DNA of 64,000 bases, from the NCBI GenBank assembly GCA_027621365.1, contig JAQCBH010000003.1, forward strand, positions 65,737 through 129,736, in the 5' to 3' direction. Each line of letters begins with the position of its first letter. Position 1 is the stretch's first letter. Positions 39,938 through 50,501 of the stretch are shown here, in pieces. Position numbers and translations under genes: made by a program. The notes under the pieces were generated by a model that was not told the origin of the DNA, made no database searches, and saw nothing but the letters and a program-made list of their open reading frames with translations. The DNA comes from Bacteroidota bacterium. GTDB lineage: Bacteria; Bacteroidota; Bacteroidia; NS11-12g; UBA955.

Positions 39938-41503
39938 ATGTCTTCTGCTCGTCTAAAGTCTGATATTTTCTCTTCTCTTGTTGTGTTTTTGGTGGCCTTG
40001 CCACTGTGTATGGGCATAGCTCTTGCTTCTGGGGGAACGGTCATACAAGGTATACTTTCGGGTGTCATTGGAGGCTTGGTGATTGGCCTTTTTAGCGGCT
40101 CGCATACCAGTGTCAGTGGTCCTGCTGCCGGTTTGATTACCATCGTGGATGGTGCCATTCGGGATTTGGGCAGCATGGAGGTGTTTGCCACCGCATTGTT
40201 TGTGGCTGGATTGATGCAATTGGTCTTTGGATTGCTTCGTGGAGGCATTTTGGCTGACTTCATTCCCGTTTCTGTGATCAAAGGCATGTTGGCCGCCATT
40301 GGAATAACTTTGATTTTGAAACAGTTGCCGCACATGGTGGGGCACGACGCTGATGCATTTGGGGAAATGGAGTTTTCGCAGCTAAATGGCCACAATACCT
40401 TTTCAGAACTGTACTACATGTTGGGTTCCATTACCCCGCTAGCTGTGGTTATTTCTTTGTTGGGTTTAGCGATCCAAATTGTTTGGGAAAGACCGAGTAT
40501 CAAACAATCTTCTTGGTTGAGCATCTTGCCAGCGCCCTTGTTGGCGGTCGTCATAGGAGTGCTAGTGAATGAAGGGGCAAAAGTGCTTGACAACACCTTG
40601 GACGTGACGGCCTTTTTGGGCACCTGGGTCATTCAAGGCGAACACATGGTCAATGTGCCTCAATTGCTTACGAATACGAGTTCCGCGCAGGGATTTTTGG
40701 TGAGCCCAGATTGGTCGGCCTTGATTCGGTTCGATGTTTACAAGTTGGCCCTGGTTATGGCTATCATCGCCAGTATTGAGAGCTTGCTCAGTATTGAAGC
40801 AGGAGATAAACTAGATCCACACAAACGGATTAGCCCTCCGAACAAAGAGTTGTTTGCTCAAGGCTTGGGAAATACGATTGCTGGATTGTTGGGGGCCCTG
40901 CCGGTTACGGCGGTAATCGTTCGTACCTCGGCCAATATTTCGAGCGGAGCGGCTACCAAGAAAAGTGCCATCTTTCACGCCATTTGGCTCCTAGCTTTCG
41001 TCTTGTTTGCACCTGAATGGATCAATCGAATTCCATTGGCAGCACTAGCCTCTGTGTTGATTTTTGTGGGTTATAAATTGGCTCGCCCCGGCTTGATTCA
41101 AGCGCAATACCAAAAAGGGCAATCGGCTTTCTTGCCGTTTATCATCACCATCGCTGCCATTTTGTTGACCGACTTGTTGATTGGGATTTTGATTGGTTTA
41201 GGAGTTGGGTTCTTTTTCGTGCTCAGAACGAATTATCAAAAATCTTTTACCAAAGAGGTTATGGGTTCTGAGGTGAAATTTGTATTCAGTCAACAAATTA
41301 CTTTCCTCAACAAAGCGGCGATGAAAGCCTCTTTGAATGATGTAGCCAGCCATTCCCACATAATCTTGGATTTTGACCACTGCCATTTCGTCGATGCTGA
41401 CATCGTTGACATCATTGTAGACTTTGCTGCGGGTTGCAAGGAAAGGGGCATCAGTTTGGAAGTTCAGGCCGGAGATAATGTCCAACTTCTTAATATTGTA
41501 TAA
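39938..41503 (+). CDS. SulP-family anion (bicarbonate/sulfate) transporter
   Basis: VVFLVALPLCMGIALASG, VSGPAAGL, PVTAVIVRTS; STAS-like tail. Confidence 0.92.
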   Translation: MSSARLKSDIFSSLVVFLVALPLCMGIALASGGTVIQGILSGVIGGLVIGLFSGSHTSVSGPAAGLITIVDGAIRDLGSMEVFATALFVAGLMQLVFGLLRGGILADFIPVSVIKGMLAAIGITLILKQLPHMVGHDADAFGEMEFSQLNGHNTFSELYYMLGSITPLAVVISLLGLAIQIVWERPSIKQSSWLSILPAPLLAVVIGVLVNEGAKVLDNTLDVTAFLGTWVIQGEHMVNVPQLLTNTSSAQGFLVSPDWSALIRFDVYKLALVMAIIASIESLLSIEAGDKLDPHKRISPPNKELFAQGLGNTIAGLLGALPVTAVIVRTSANISSGAATKKSAIFHAIWLLAFVLFAPEWINRIPLAALASVLIFVGYKLARPGLIQAQYQKGQSAFLPFIITIAAILLTDLLIGILIGLGVGFFFVLRTNYQKSFTKEVMGSEVKFVFSQQITFLNKAAMKASLNDVASHSHIILDFDHCHFVDADIVDIIVDFAAGCKERGISLEVQAGDNVQLLNIV

Positions 41504-41505
41504 CT

Positions 41506-42150
41506 ATGTCAAAAGAATCCATAGAAAGTCTTTTACGAGCCAACCAACAGTGGGTGGAAGAAGAATTGATCAAGGACCCCAATTTTTTCAAAGAATTGGC
41601 CAAAGGTCAGACTCCTCAATTTCTTTGGATTGGATGCAGTGATTCACGAGTTCCTGCAGATCGAATAACAGGTACAAAACCGGGTGAAATTTTTGTGCAC
41701 CGCAACATCGCCAATTTGGTTTTACACACCGACTTGAATATGCTCAGTGTATTGGAATACGCCGTAGCCTATTTGAAAGTCAAGCACATCATTGTTTGCG
41801 GCCACTACGGTTGCGGAGGGGTGCGTGCCGCAATCAGCAGGAATAACTATGAATTGCTAAACAAATGGCTGCGAAACATCAAAGATATCTATGTCAAAAA
41901 CGAGGCATTGTTGCATGCAATACCCGATTCTGTTGACCGTGAAAATGCATTGGTAGAATTAAGCATTAAGCAACAGATTGAAAACCTCATGAAGACCAGT
42001 GTGGTGCAAAAAGCCTGGCACTTGGGCGAGGATTTGACTTTACACGGAATGGTGTATGACTTGACCAATGGCCGGTTGCAACAGCTGATTCAATACGACC
42101 GAAATAGCCCCTTGCCCGAAATTTATCGATTCTACTTCGACGAAGATTGA
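41506..42150 (+). CDS. can: Beta-class carbonic anhydrase
   Basis: WIGCSDSRVP, FVHRNIAN, CGHYGCGG. Confidence 0.96.
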   Translation: MSKESIESLLRANQQWVEEELIKDPNFFKELAKGQTPQFLWIGCSDSRVPADRITGTKPGEIFVHRNIANLVLHTDLNMLSVLEYAVAYLKVKHIIVCGHYGCGGVRAAISRNNYELLNKWLRNIKDIYVKNEALLHAIPDSVDRENALVELSIKQQIENLMKTSVVQKAWHLGEDLTLHGMVYDLTNGRLQQLIQYDRNSPLPEIYRFYFDED

Positions 42151-42848
42151 TTTTTCAGCTTGTCAATTCTCAAGTTGATCATTTCAATGGCAAACGAAAA
42201 GGCCATAGCGAAATAGATGTAGCCCTTTTCCAAGTGCTGGTCAAAAGCTTCGGCTAGCAGAGAAACACCAATCATCACCAAAAAAGAGAGAGCCAGTATT
42301 TTGATGCTGATGTTCTCCTGTACAAATTTGGATATGGGTTCAGCGGCCAACAACATGACCAACATGGAAGCTACCACTGCGACAATCATCACCCATAGCT
42401 CTTTGGCCATTCCTACGGCGGTGATGACGGAGTCCAAGCTGAAAACAATGTTCAAGAGAGCCATTTGGATAAGAACGGCATTCCACCCTGAGCGTTGGCT
42501 TCTCACTTGATGTTCCTCTTCGGGTAGGGTGAGTTTCAGGTGAATTTCGTGCACACTTTGGTAGAGCAAGAACAGTCCACCTACCAATAGCATGATACTC
42601 TTTCCTGAAAAGGGGTGGCCCATTAGCTCAAACAAGGGTTGGTCTTGTTGTTGTATCCATTGCAAGCCCATTAGCATCAGGATTCGAATTCCCATGCCCA
42701 ACAGCAATCCGATTTGACGGGCCCGCTTTTGCTTTTCAATGGCTACTTTGCCCGATAAAATGGAAATGAACACAATGTTGTCTATACCTAGAATGATTTC
42801 CAGGCTGGTCAATGCGAGCAGGGATAATAGGGCTTCTTGACTGAACAT
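42132..42848 (-). CDS. TerC family membrane protein
   Basis: LEIILGIDNIVFI, VFSLDSVITAVG, KGYIYFAMAFS. Confidence 0.92.
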   Translation of the reverse strand: MFSQEALLSLLALTSLEIILGIDNIVFISILSGKVAIEKQKRARQIGLLLGMGIRILMLMGLQWIQQQDQPLFELMGHPFSGKSIMLLVGGLFLLYQSVHEIHLKLTLPEEEHQVRSQRSGWNAVLIQMALLNIVFSLDSVITAVGMAKELWVMIVAVVASMLVMLLAAEPISKFVQENISIKILALSFLVMIGVSLLAEAFDQHLEKGYIYFAMAFSFAIEMINLRIDKLKNQSSSK

Positions 42849-42852
42849 GTGT

Positions 42853-43767
42853 CTAAGGTAGGAACAAGCGATCTTCCTGCCAACGATCGGCGGGAATCCA
42901 CCGGGTCGGGAATTGATTTTTGAACCAAGTTACTTGGCGTTTGGCATAGCGCCGGGTGTTTTGCTTCATTTTATCTAGGGCCTCGCGGTAATTCATCAGG
43001 CGATTCCTGTAGTCAAACCATTCGGTATAGCCCACGGTTTGCAAGGCATTGAGGTGCTGGTAGGGAAGAAGGGAGCTGACTTCATCCAAAAGCCCAGCTT
43101 CCATCATGGAATCGCAGCGCTTATGAATTCGATCGTACAGGGTTTCTCTGTCCCAATTCAAGGCCAAGTAATCAACCTGAGCATCGGTTAAGAGATCAGC
43201 AATGGGAGATTCTGCCTTTTGTTGGTAAAGCTCGTTTAGGCTCTGACCGCTTTCCCAAAGCAATTCCAAGGCTCTTTGCATGCGCTGAGGATTGAACATG
43301 TCGAGTCGTTCATGCGCCAAGGGGTCTGCTGCCATGATGGCCTTTCTCAACCCGACAATGCCGTGTTGATCAAAGCAATATTGCACCTGTTTTTGAACGG
43401 CTTCAGAAGGCTGGGGCAATTCATTCATTCCCTCCATCAGGGCTCGGATGTACAGGCCAGTGCCTCCGCATAAAACGACGGCACCGGTTTCAGCGATGCT
43501 TTCCCTGAGGGCTTGGCTGGCCTCTTGCGCATATCGTTCTGCGTTGTATTCTTCCTGTATCGAGACGTGACCAAAAAGGCGGTGCGGAGCGGCAGCGAAT
43601 TCTTCTTTTGTGGGTTTGGCCACGCCAATGTGCAGTTCAGTGTATACCTGACGGCTGTCGGCGTTGACTATATGGCAACCCCATTTTTGGGCTAGGGCAA
43701 TCGACAAAGCGGTTTTGCCTGATGCGGTGGGCCCTCCAATAATGGCGATACGGGGAGCCTGGCTCAT
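42853..43767 (-). CDS. miaA: tRNA dimethylallyltransferase
   Basis: GPTASGKT, ADSRQVY, GGTGLY, TRRYAKRQVTWF. Confidence 0.97.
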   Translation of the reverse strand: MSQAPRIAIIGGPTASGKTALSIALAQKWGCHIVNADSRQVYTELHIGVAKPTKEEFAAAPHRLFGHVSIQEEYNAERYAQEASQALRESIAETGAVVLCGGTGLYIRALMEGMNELPQPSEAVQKQVQYCFDQHGIVGLRKAIMAADPLAHERLDMFNPQRMQRALELLWESGQSLNELYQQKAESPIADLLTDAQVDYLALNWDRETLYDRIHKRCDSMMEAGLLDEVSSLLPYQHLNALQTVGYTEWFDYRNRLMNYREALDKMKQNTRRYAKRQVTWFKNQFPTRWIPADRWQEDRLFLP

Positions 43768-43771
43768 GCAA

Positions 43772-44407
43772 TCAATCGTTTACTTCGCTGAACCCATCCA
43801 TGCCGAATTCTTCGGTGCTGTCGCCGTAGAAATCATTGCCATCGTCTTCGTCCTGATCGTCGTCTTCGTCAAGCAATTCTTCAGCTTCCAACAGGAGTTC
43901 ATCCTTGATGCCTTTGGCCGCGAGGATTTTGGCCGCTAGGGCGTCGAATTCGTTGTCATCCAGCATTTTGAATTTGCTGTCTTCGCGCTGACGCGGGGCT
44001 TTCCCTTCGCTTTTCACCAGCAGCGGATAAGTGGCATCCTTACGGGGATCTTGAATGCTTTGCAACTCGATGAGCAAGGTCCATTGTGCGACATAGTCGC
44101 TGATGTAAATGAACCGTTGATGAGGATCGTTGATCCAATCTCTCAATTTGGTGTCCTTCATGACGGGGCTGGGCAAAGCGGTGTCGCTGCTCATGTCCTC
44201 GTCGTCCAGCATGTTTTCCAAGGTGATTTCCATGTGTTTCTTCCAATGGATGTCACTGATGTAAAATGATGCTAACTCCTTTTTGTCAAAGCCGATAGCG
44301 TCTTGGATAGCGTGGTGAAAATTTAAAAAACTCGAAGCGGGTTTGATGTCAATCCAGCGAACAATCTCGTCGTCGTTTTCAAACCAAATTTTAAAACGGA
44401 AAACCAT
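43772..44407 (-). CDS. Conserved Bacteroidota protein (pRiA4b ORF-3 / TnpR-like family) with acidic tail
   Basis: FHHAIQDAIGFD..ELASFY, YISDY..QW; D/E-rich C-terminus; upstream of miaA. Confidence 0.7.
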   Translation of the reverse strand: MVFRFKIWFENDDEIVRWIDIKPASSFLNFHHAIQDAIGFDKKELASFYISDIHWKKHMEITLENMLDDEDMSSDTALPSPVMKDTKLRDWINDPHQRFIYISDYVAQWTLLIELQSIQDPRKDATYPLLVKSEGKAPRQREDSKFKMLDDNEFDALAAKILAAKGIKDELLLEAEELLDEDDDQDEDDGNDFYGDSTEEFGMDGFSEVND

Positions 44408-44488
44408 GAAGTTGCAAAGTTAGGTCAAGGCTTTGTATTTGTTTGGTCTGGAAGCCCAACAGCGTCATTTTGGGCGTATTTTTGGACC

Positions 44489-46804
44489 TTGTTTCGAAAA
44501 TTAACTTGGTTTTTATTCTGCCTGGCTACTAGCGCAAGCCTGTTTGCACAGTCAGACAAAGGCGATGTGCGAGGATTCGTATACAATGCCGACAATGGCG
44601 ATCGATTGGCAGGAGCCTTGGTTTGGATTCCCGAGATCAACCGCGCTCCAAGTGTGCGAGGTCGAAGCATTTTGGCTGATGGTGATGGCTTTTATGCATT
44701 GACCGGTATACCGGCTGGTGAATATACCTTGGTGGCTACGGCTCCTGGTTTTGATACTGCCTATTTTGAGATTCTGGTAAGGCCAGCGGCCAATACCAAG
44801 CAAGACATTTACTTGCACGGAGGCCAGCAAATCGAAGAAGTAGAAATCATCGCTCGCGCCAACCGCAAACAAACCTTAGTTGGAGCTACGAATATTGACC
44901 CAAAGGCCATTGGCCGCCTCCCTTCGGTCGGCGGCGAACCCGATATCGTTCAGTACCTCCAGGTATTGCCCGGTGTCGTTTTTAGCGGCGACCAAGGAGG
45001 ACAACTCTACATACGCGGTGGCTCTCCGGTTATGAACAAGGTTTTGTTCGATGGAATGACCATCTACAATCCCTTTCACAGCATTGGCTTGTTTTCGGTC
45101 TTTGATACCGACTTGATCAAAAGTGCCGATGTGTATTCAGCCGGTTTTGGTGCCGAGTACGGTGGGCGAATCTCTGCGGTGGTTGACATCAAATCACGAG
45201 ACGGAGATCGCAACCAGATCAAAGGAAAAACCTCCATAAACACCTTCACCAGCAAGGTGATGCTGGAAGGGCCCTTGAAAAAGTTCCAACGCTACAGCGG
45301 CAACAGTTCCTTCGCGGTCAGCTACCGCAATTCTTACCTCAAGCAGTCCTCCAAACTGTTTTATGGATATGCCAATCCCGATCGCTTGCCCTACAATTTT
45401 GGCGATCTCTTTGTGAAGATAAACGCCAACTCGGCCAATGGTGGTTATACCCGTCTGTACGGATTTCACTTCAGCGACGATGTGAATTTCCCGGGCTCTA
45501 CCCACTACAGCTGGGCCAGCAATGGGTTCGGTGGCAAGTTTATGGTGGTGCCAGAGCAGGCCAAGACCAGGGTAGACGGCTTCTTTTTGTATTCCAACTA
45601 CCGCATTCAGCAAATGGAAAGCGATGCCCGTCCCCGTGAAAGTTCGATTGGTGGCTTCAATATGGGAATGAATTTCTTGTACAACTTCAAGAAAGACGAA
45701 TTCAAATGGGGCATGGAGATGAACGGGTTCCAGACCAATTTTCAGCTGTACAACGCCAACAATCGCCGCATTGAACAACAGGAGAGTACAACCGAAATCA
45801 ATCTGTTTGGCAACTACAAAGTGGTTCGCAAAAAGCTCTTGGCCGATATGGGCTTGCGCTGGCAGTATTATGCTTCTCTGTCGAATGGAAGCTTAGAGCC
45901 CCGCCTGCAATTGCGCTACATGCCGTTCAAAGGCTTTGGATTGAAATTTGCCGCAGGTTTGTATTCTCAAAACCTCTTATCGGCCATCTCTGATCGAGAC
46001 GTAGTGAATTTGTTTTACGGCTTCTTATCAGGACCCGATAACCTGCCCAAGACCTTCATGGGTCAGCCCGTAACCCACCGCCTTCAAAAGGCCGGTCATT
46101 TGGTGGCGGGTATGGATTATCGCTTGACAAAAAAAAGCACCCTCAACGTAGAGGGCTTTTACAAAGACTTCAGCCAAATCACCAACATCAACCGATCCAA
46201 GTTGTTTGAAGACGACGCCAGCAACCAGGACAAAGATGCCCGCTTGCGCCAAGATTTCATCATTGAAAAAGGAGAGGCTTATGGAGGCGATATCTCCTAC
46301 AAGTTTGAAGACAAACGCCTGTACATCTGGTTGGTGTATTCCTTGACCTGGGTGAATAGAAACGATGGTTACATCGTGTATCAGCCCATTTTTGATCGCC
46401 GTCACAATGCCAATGCCATGGTCTCTTACACCCTGGGCAAGCGAACACCGGTTGATTTGTCCGTGCGCTGGAACTTTGGCAGCGGATTCCCCTTTACCCA
46501 AACCCAAGGCTATTACGAAAAGTATGACTTCGGCAATGGAATAGGCTCAGATTACGTCCATTCCAATGGTGATTTGGGTGTGGTTTACGCATCGTTGAAT
46601 CAAGGTCGTTTGCCCTATTACCACCGATTGGATTTTTCAGCCAAGCACAGTTGGAAGTTGGACGACGGGCGCAAACTCACGGCGAATTTCTCTTTGACCA
46701 ACGCCTACAACCGCGACAACATCTTCTACTACGACCGCATCAAGCAGGAAAGGGTAGATCAATTGCCCATTCTGCCTGCATTGGGCATTCAATACGAGTT
46801 TTAA
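44489..46804 (+). CDS. TonB-dependent receptor with N-terminal carboxypeptidase-regulatory-like domain
   Basis: Plug GEPDIVQYLQVLPGV...YIRGGS, YGGRIS; ends in an aromatic residue (GIQYEF). Confidence 0.9.
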   Translation: MFRKLTWFLFCLATSASLFAQSDKGDVRGFVYNADNGDRLAGALVWIPEINRAPSVRGRSILADGDGFYALTGIPAGEYTLVATAPGFDTAYFEILVRPAANTKQDIYLHGGQQIEEVEIIARANRKQTLVGATNIDPKAIGRLPSVGGEPDIVQYLQVLPGVVFSGDQGGQLYIRGGSPVMNKVLFDGMTIYNPFHSIGLFSVFDTDLIKSADVYSAGFGAEYGGRISAVVDIKSRDGDRNQIKGKTSINTFTSKVMLEGPLKKFQRYSGNSSFAVSYRNSYLKQSSKLFYGYANPDRLPYNFGDLFVKINANSANGGYTRLYGFHFSDDVNFPGSTHYSWASNGFGGKFMVVPEQAKTRVDGFFLYSNYRIQQMESDARPRESSIGGFNMGMNFLYNFKKDEFKWGMEMNGFQTNFQLYNANNRRIEQQESTTEINLFGNYKVVRKKLLADMGLRWQYYASLSNGSLEPRLQLRYMPFKGFGLKFAAGLYSQNLLSAISDRDVVNLFYGFLSGPDNLPKTFMGQPVTHRLQKAGHLVAGMDYRLTKKSTLNVEGFYKDFSQITNINRSKLFEDDASNQDKDARLRQDFIIEKGEAYGGDISYKFEDKRLYIWLVYSLTWVNRNDGYIVYQPIFDRRHNANAMVSYTLGKRTPVDLSVRWNFGSGFPFTQTQGYYEKYDFGNGIGSDYVHSNGDLGVVYASLNQGRLPYYHRLDFSAKHSWKLDDGRKLTANFSLTNAYNRDNIFYYDRIKQERVDQLPILPALGIQYEF

Positions 46805-49401
46805 ATCGCCTCGTCGCTGATTTTTTTAATGGCTTGAAGCTTGAGCAAGGCCTCGATTGGGCTGAGTTCGTTGATGTCCAAACTCTGCAATTCCTTTTTG
46901 AGCTGTTCCATTCTAGGGTCTGGGGCTTGAAACATGTTCAACTGATAGACCGATTTGGAATCGGATTTAGCCATGGTTTTGCGTCGGTCAACGGCTGAAC
47001 GGGTTTGCTCCAGTTCTGATAGGAGTTCAGAAGCGCGAATGAGCACTTGGTTGGGTATGCCCGCCAATTGGGCGACGTGAATACCGAAACTGTGTTCGCT
47101 GCCTCCGGGCTTTAGGGTTCTCAGGAAAATGATCTGTTGACCTTTTTCCAACACTTCAATGTGGAAGTTTTGTACCCCTTCCAATTTGGCTTCCAATTCA
47201 TTCAGCTCGTGGTAGTGAGTGGCAAACAGGGTTTTGGGTTTGCTGGGGTGGCTTTGCAAGTATTCGGCAATGGCCCAGGCCAGAGACACGCCGTCATAGG
47301 TGCTGGTTCCTCGTCCAATTTCGTCCAGGAGCACCAATGACCGTTCCGATAGGTTGTTCAGGATCGAAGCCGTTTCGCTCATTTCTACCATGAAGGTAGA
47401 TTCACCCAAAGAGAGGTTGTCGCTAGCGCCAACACGGGTGTAGATTTTGTCTACAAGTCCAATCTTGGCTGATCGACATGGCACAAAGGAACCCATTTGG
47501 GCCAGTACAACGCAGAGGGCTGTTTGGCGCAGTATCGCTGATTTTCCGCTCATGTTGGGCCCCGTCAAAATCATGATTTGGCGATGCTTTGGACCCATGG
47601 CCAAGTTGTTCGGCACATAGTGCTGATCGGCTTTCAACTGCTGTTCAATGACCGGGTGTCGAGACTCGACCAGCTCAATGTCAAGCCCATCGTGAATCTC
47701 AGGTTTGCAGTAGTTTCTTGTGCTGGCCAAATGGGCAAATCCCATCAGGCAGTCCCATTCGGCTAGCTGTTGAGCCAACAAGCGTATGGGTTCGACATGA
47801 GCCAACAAATCATTGAGCAACAATTCCCATAATTCCGATTCCAAAGCTGAAATGCGGTCTTGGGCCGAAAGAATCTTTTCTTCGTATTCCTTGAGCTCTG
47901 GGGTGATGTATCGCTCGGCATTGGTTAAAGTTTGCTTGCGAATCCAGGTCTCGGGCACCTTGTCTTTGTGGGCATGGGTAACCTCTAAGTAATAGCCGAA
48001 TACATTGTTGAAGCCAATCTTCAGCGAAGGGATGCCGGTGGCCTCTGACTCCCGTTTTTGAATATCGACCAAGCGCTCTTTGCCATGGGTAGCCAAATCG
48101 CGCAGCTCGTTCAATTCCGGGTGGCATTCCGATTGGAAGACATGACCCTTGCTAAAGACAGCAGGAGCTTCTTCAGAAACCTGGGCATCAATCAGCGATT
48201 GAAGGTTTCGGCTGTTGGGGAATGCCTCAGCGGCCTGTTGCAGTCTTCGGCCCGAACTCTCTTTCCATTGCTGGCTCAAATCCTCCACCTTTCTCAAGGC
48301 TGAACTCAAGTGCAACAGTTCCTTCGGATTGATGCGTCTCAAGGCAATTTTAGAGGCCAAGCGCTCTATGTCACCCAAGCCTTCAAACAAAGATCGCCAG
48401 TCTCCCAATTGGGCTTGTTTTTGTAAGTCCTCTACCGCATCCAGTCTTTGTTGTATTTGTTGTTGATCCCTCAGGGGCAGCACCAACCACTTGCGCAGCA
48501 ATCGACTTCCCATCGGTGTTTTGCTGTGGTCAATGGAATCCAACAATCCGGTACCACCGGGGTATACCGAATGCAGCAGTTCCAAATTGCGAATGGTAAA
48601 GGCATCCAGCCACACGTATCGATCTTCCTCCAAACGGGCCAATCGGTTGATGTGGCTGGTGTGGTGGTGATGGGTCATTTCCAAGTAATGCAAAATGCAT
48701 CCGGCGGCGGTGGCGGCTTGATTCATGCCGTCCAAGCCAAATCCCTTGAGATTGGTTACTTGCAGTTGTCGAAGCACCCGCTCGTAAGCGTAGTCGCCTT
48801 GTGTGACCCAGGGGTCCAAGACTTGATAGGAGCGAGGAGTACCCAATTCTTCTATGAATCCTTGAGCCTCATTTTTGGGAAATAAGAGTTCGGCTGGTCG
48901 AAAACCGCTGATCAGTTTCTTGATGAAAACCCAGCTGCCTTCAGCAGCGTAGAATTCTCCAGTGGAAATATCGAGCAGAGATAGTCCAATACGAGCGCCA
49001 TCTTTGCTCAGAGCGGCCAAATAGTTGCTCTCTTGCTGCTCGAGAACTTTGTCGTTGTAGGTGACGCCGGGAGTGACCAATTCCGTCACACCACGTTTGA
49101 CAATGGTTTTGGTTTTTTTTGGGTCTTCCAACTGGTCGCAAATGGCCACGCGGTAACCGGCTTTGACCAGTTTGGGCAGGTAGGTATCCAAGGAGTGGTG
49201 GGGGAAACCCGCCAGGTTCATTTCTGAAGCAGCCCCGTTGGAGCGCTTGGTCAAAACTATACCCAATACCTTGCTGGCTTTTACGGCATCTTCATCAAAT
49301 GTTTCGTAAAAATCTCCCACCCGAAACAACAGAATCGCACCCGGATATTGGGCTTTGATGCTGTGGTATTGTTTCATTAAGGGGGTTTCTTTTCCAGCCA
49401 T
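46801..49401 (-). CDS. mutS: DNA mismatch repair protein MutS
   Basis: TPLMKQY, FRVGDFYE, TGPNMSGKS, DEIGRGTS, ATHYHEL. Confidence 0.98.
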   Translation of the reverse strand: MAGKETPLMKQYHSIKAQYPGAILLFRVGDFYETFDEDAVKASKVLGIVLTKRSNGAASEMNLAGFPHHSLDTYLPKLVKAGYRVAICDQLEDPKKTKTIVKRGVTELVTPGVTYNDKVLEQQESNYLAALSKDGARIGLSLLDISTGEFYAAEGSWVFIKKLISGFRPAELLFPKNEAQGFIEELGTPRSYQVLDPWVTQGDYAYERVLRQLQVTNLKGFGLDGMNQAATAAGCILHYLEMTHHHHTSHINRLARLEEDRYVWLDAFTIRNLELLHSVYPGGTGLLDSIDHSKTPMGSRLLRKWLVLPLRDQQQIQQRLDAVEDLQKQAQLGDWRSLFEGLGDIERLASKIALRRINPKELLHLSSALRKVEDLSQQWKESSGRRLQQAAEAFPNSRNLQSLIDAQVSEEAPAVFSKGHVFQSECHPELNELRDLATHGKERLVDIQKRESEATGIPSLKIGFNNVFGYYLEVTHAHKDKVPETWIRKQTLTNAERYITPELKEYEEKILSAQDRISALESELWELLLNDLLAHVEPIRLLAQQLAEWDCLMGFAHLASTRNYCKPEIHDGLDIELVESRHPVIEQQLKADQHYVPNNLAMGPKHRQIMILTGPNMSGKSAILRQTALCVVLAQMGSFVPCRSAKIGLVDKIYTRVGASDNLSLGESTFMVEMSETASILNNLSERSLVLLDEIGRGTSTYDGVSLAWAIAEYLQSHPSKPKTLFATHYHELNELEAKLEGVQNFHIEVLEKGQQIIFLRTLKPGGSEHSFGIHVAQLAGIPNQVLIRASELLSELEQTRSAVDRRKTMAKSDSKSVYQLNMFQAPDPRMEQLKKELQSLDINELSPIEALLKLQAIKKISDEAI

Positions 49402-49474
49402 AGAGAACAAAAATAGGGGGGTAAATTGGCAAGTAGTCCACAATTATCCCCCCGAAAGGTGGGTATATTTGGAT

Positions 49475-50011
49475 GTGCAAAAACGCAGCATGCAAGAACT
49501 CGGCAGGCTCAGTGCCGAAGAATTTCAAAAAGCCCCCAAATGGCCATTGGTTCTGGTATTGGACAATGTTCGAAGCTTAAGCAATGTCGGTTCGCTCATG
49601 CGCAGTGCCGATGCCTTTTTGGTCGAATGCGTGTACTTGTGCGGCATTACAGGCACGCCGCCTCATCGAGACATCACCAAAACGGCGATTGGGGCTGAAA
49701 AGTCGGTTCGCTGGGAGTATCGCGGCGAAACCGAACAGGCCATTCGAGAATTGAAGCAGCAGGGATTTCGCGTCTGGGCCTTGGAGCAAACCCATGGTAG
49801 CATTCCCTTGCACGAGACCCAATTAACCGATCAACCCACCGCGTTTGTATTGGGTCATGAAATTGACGGCGTCTCGCAAGAGGCATTGGCTCTGTGCAAT
49901 GGGGCCATTGAAATTCCCCAATTCGGTAGCAAACACTCCTTGAATGTGGCCGTAAGTGGGGGAATGGCACTTTGGGAATACGCAAGACAAACCTTGAGCC
50001 ATGAAAGCTAA
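49475..50011 (+). CDS. SpoU/TrmH-family RNA methyltransferase
   Basis: LDNVRSLSNVGS..RSADAF, LGHE..GV, IPQFGSKHSLNVAV. Start set at GTG 49475. Confidence 0.92.
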   Translation: MQKRSMQELGRLSAEEFQKAPKWPLVLVLDNVRSLSNVGSLMRSADAFLVECVYLCGITGTPPHRDITKTAIGAEKSVRWEYRGETEQAIRELKQQGFRVWALEQTHGSIPLHETQLTDQPTAFVLGHEIDGVSQEALALCNGAIEIPQFGSKHSLNVAVSGGMALWEYARQTLSHES

Positions 50012-50501
50012 TGCGGTCCTGGTGCTGCTGTTGTTCTTGGGGGCTTGTCAAAGCCCTGAACGAATCGATTCTGATAAGCCCTACACGGTGGCTATGACGT
50101 ATGTGGCCGATTGCCCTTTGTCGGTCAAAAGCAGTGGGGTTTGGCTCGATTTGGCCCGAAACCTCCCCTCTGATTCTTTTGATCGTTGGTTGTTTGTGGG
50201 AGAATGTGATCGCCCGCTTTCGGCGGCCATGAGAGCTTCGGTAGATCGAATGCTAGGGAGTTTGGATTCAGCCAGGAGCTTGGGCTTTACGCATTATCCG
50301 ATGCTGCAAATTTGGAAAGGCAAGCCCTCGAGTGGGCGATTGTTGTACCGCGGGCCCCTTGATAATTCAGCTAGGGCCACGGGCCAGACAAGAGTAAAAG
50401 CCGATTCCCTCTTTGTTCACGATTTCTTGACAAGGCTGAGAAAGGGAGAGAATCCTACCTTTGAATCACACACGGTTTACGGATGTTACATAGAACCTTG
50501 A
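50001..50501 (+). CDS. Thioredoxin/redoxin-like lipoprotein
   Basis: Lipobox LGAC; DCPLS; LYRGPLDN and terminal GCYI typical of redoxin-like proteins. Confidence 0.6.
   Translation: MKANAVLVLLLFLGACQSPERIDSDKPYTVAMTYVADCPLSVKSSGVWLDLARNLPSDSFDRWLFVGECDRPLSAAMRASVDRMLGSLDSARSLGFTHYPMLQIWKGKPSSGRLLYRGPLDNSARATGQTRVKADSLFVHDFLTRLRKGENPTFESHTVYGCYIEP

Noticed and set aside
43772..44407. TnpR/pRiA4b ORF-3-like gene as a sign of a mobile element
   Set aside because: No transposase, terminal repeats or target duplication. This family sits next to miaA as a normal chromosomal gene in Bacteroidota.
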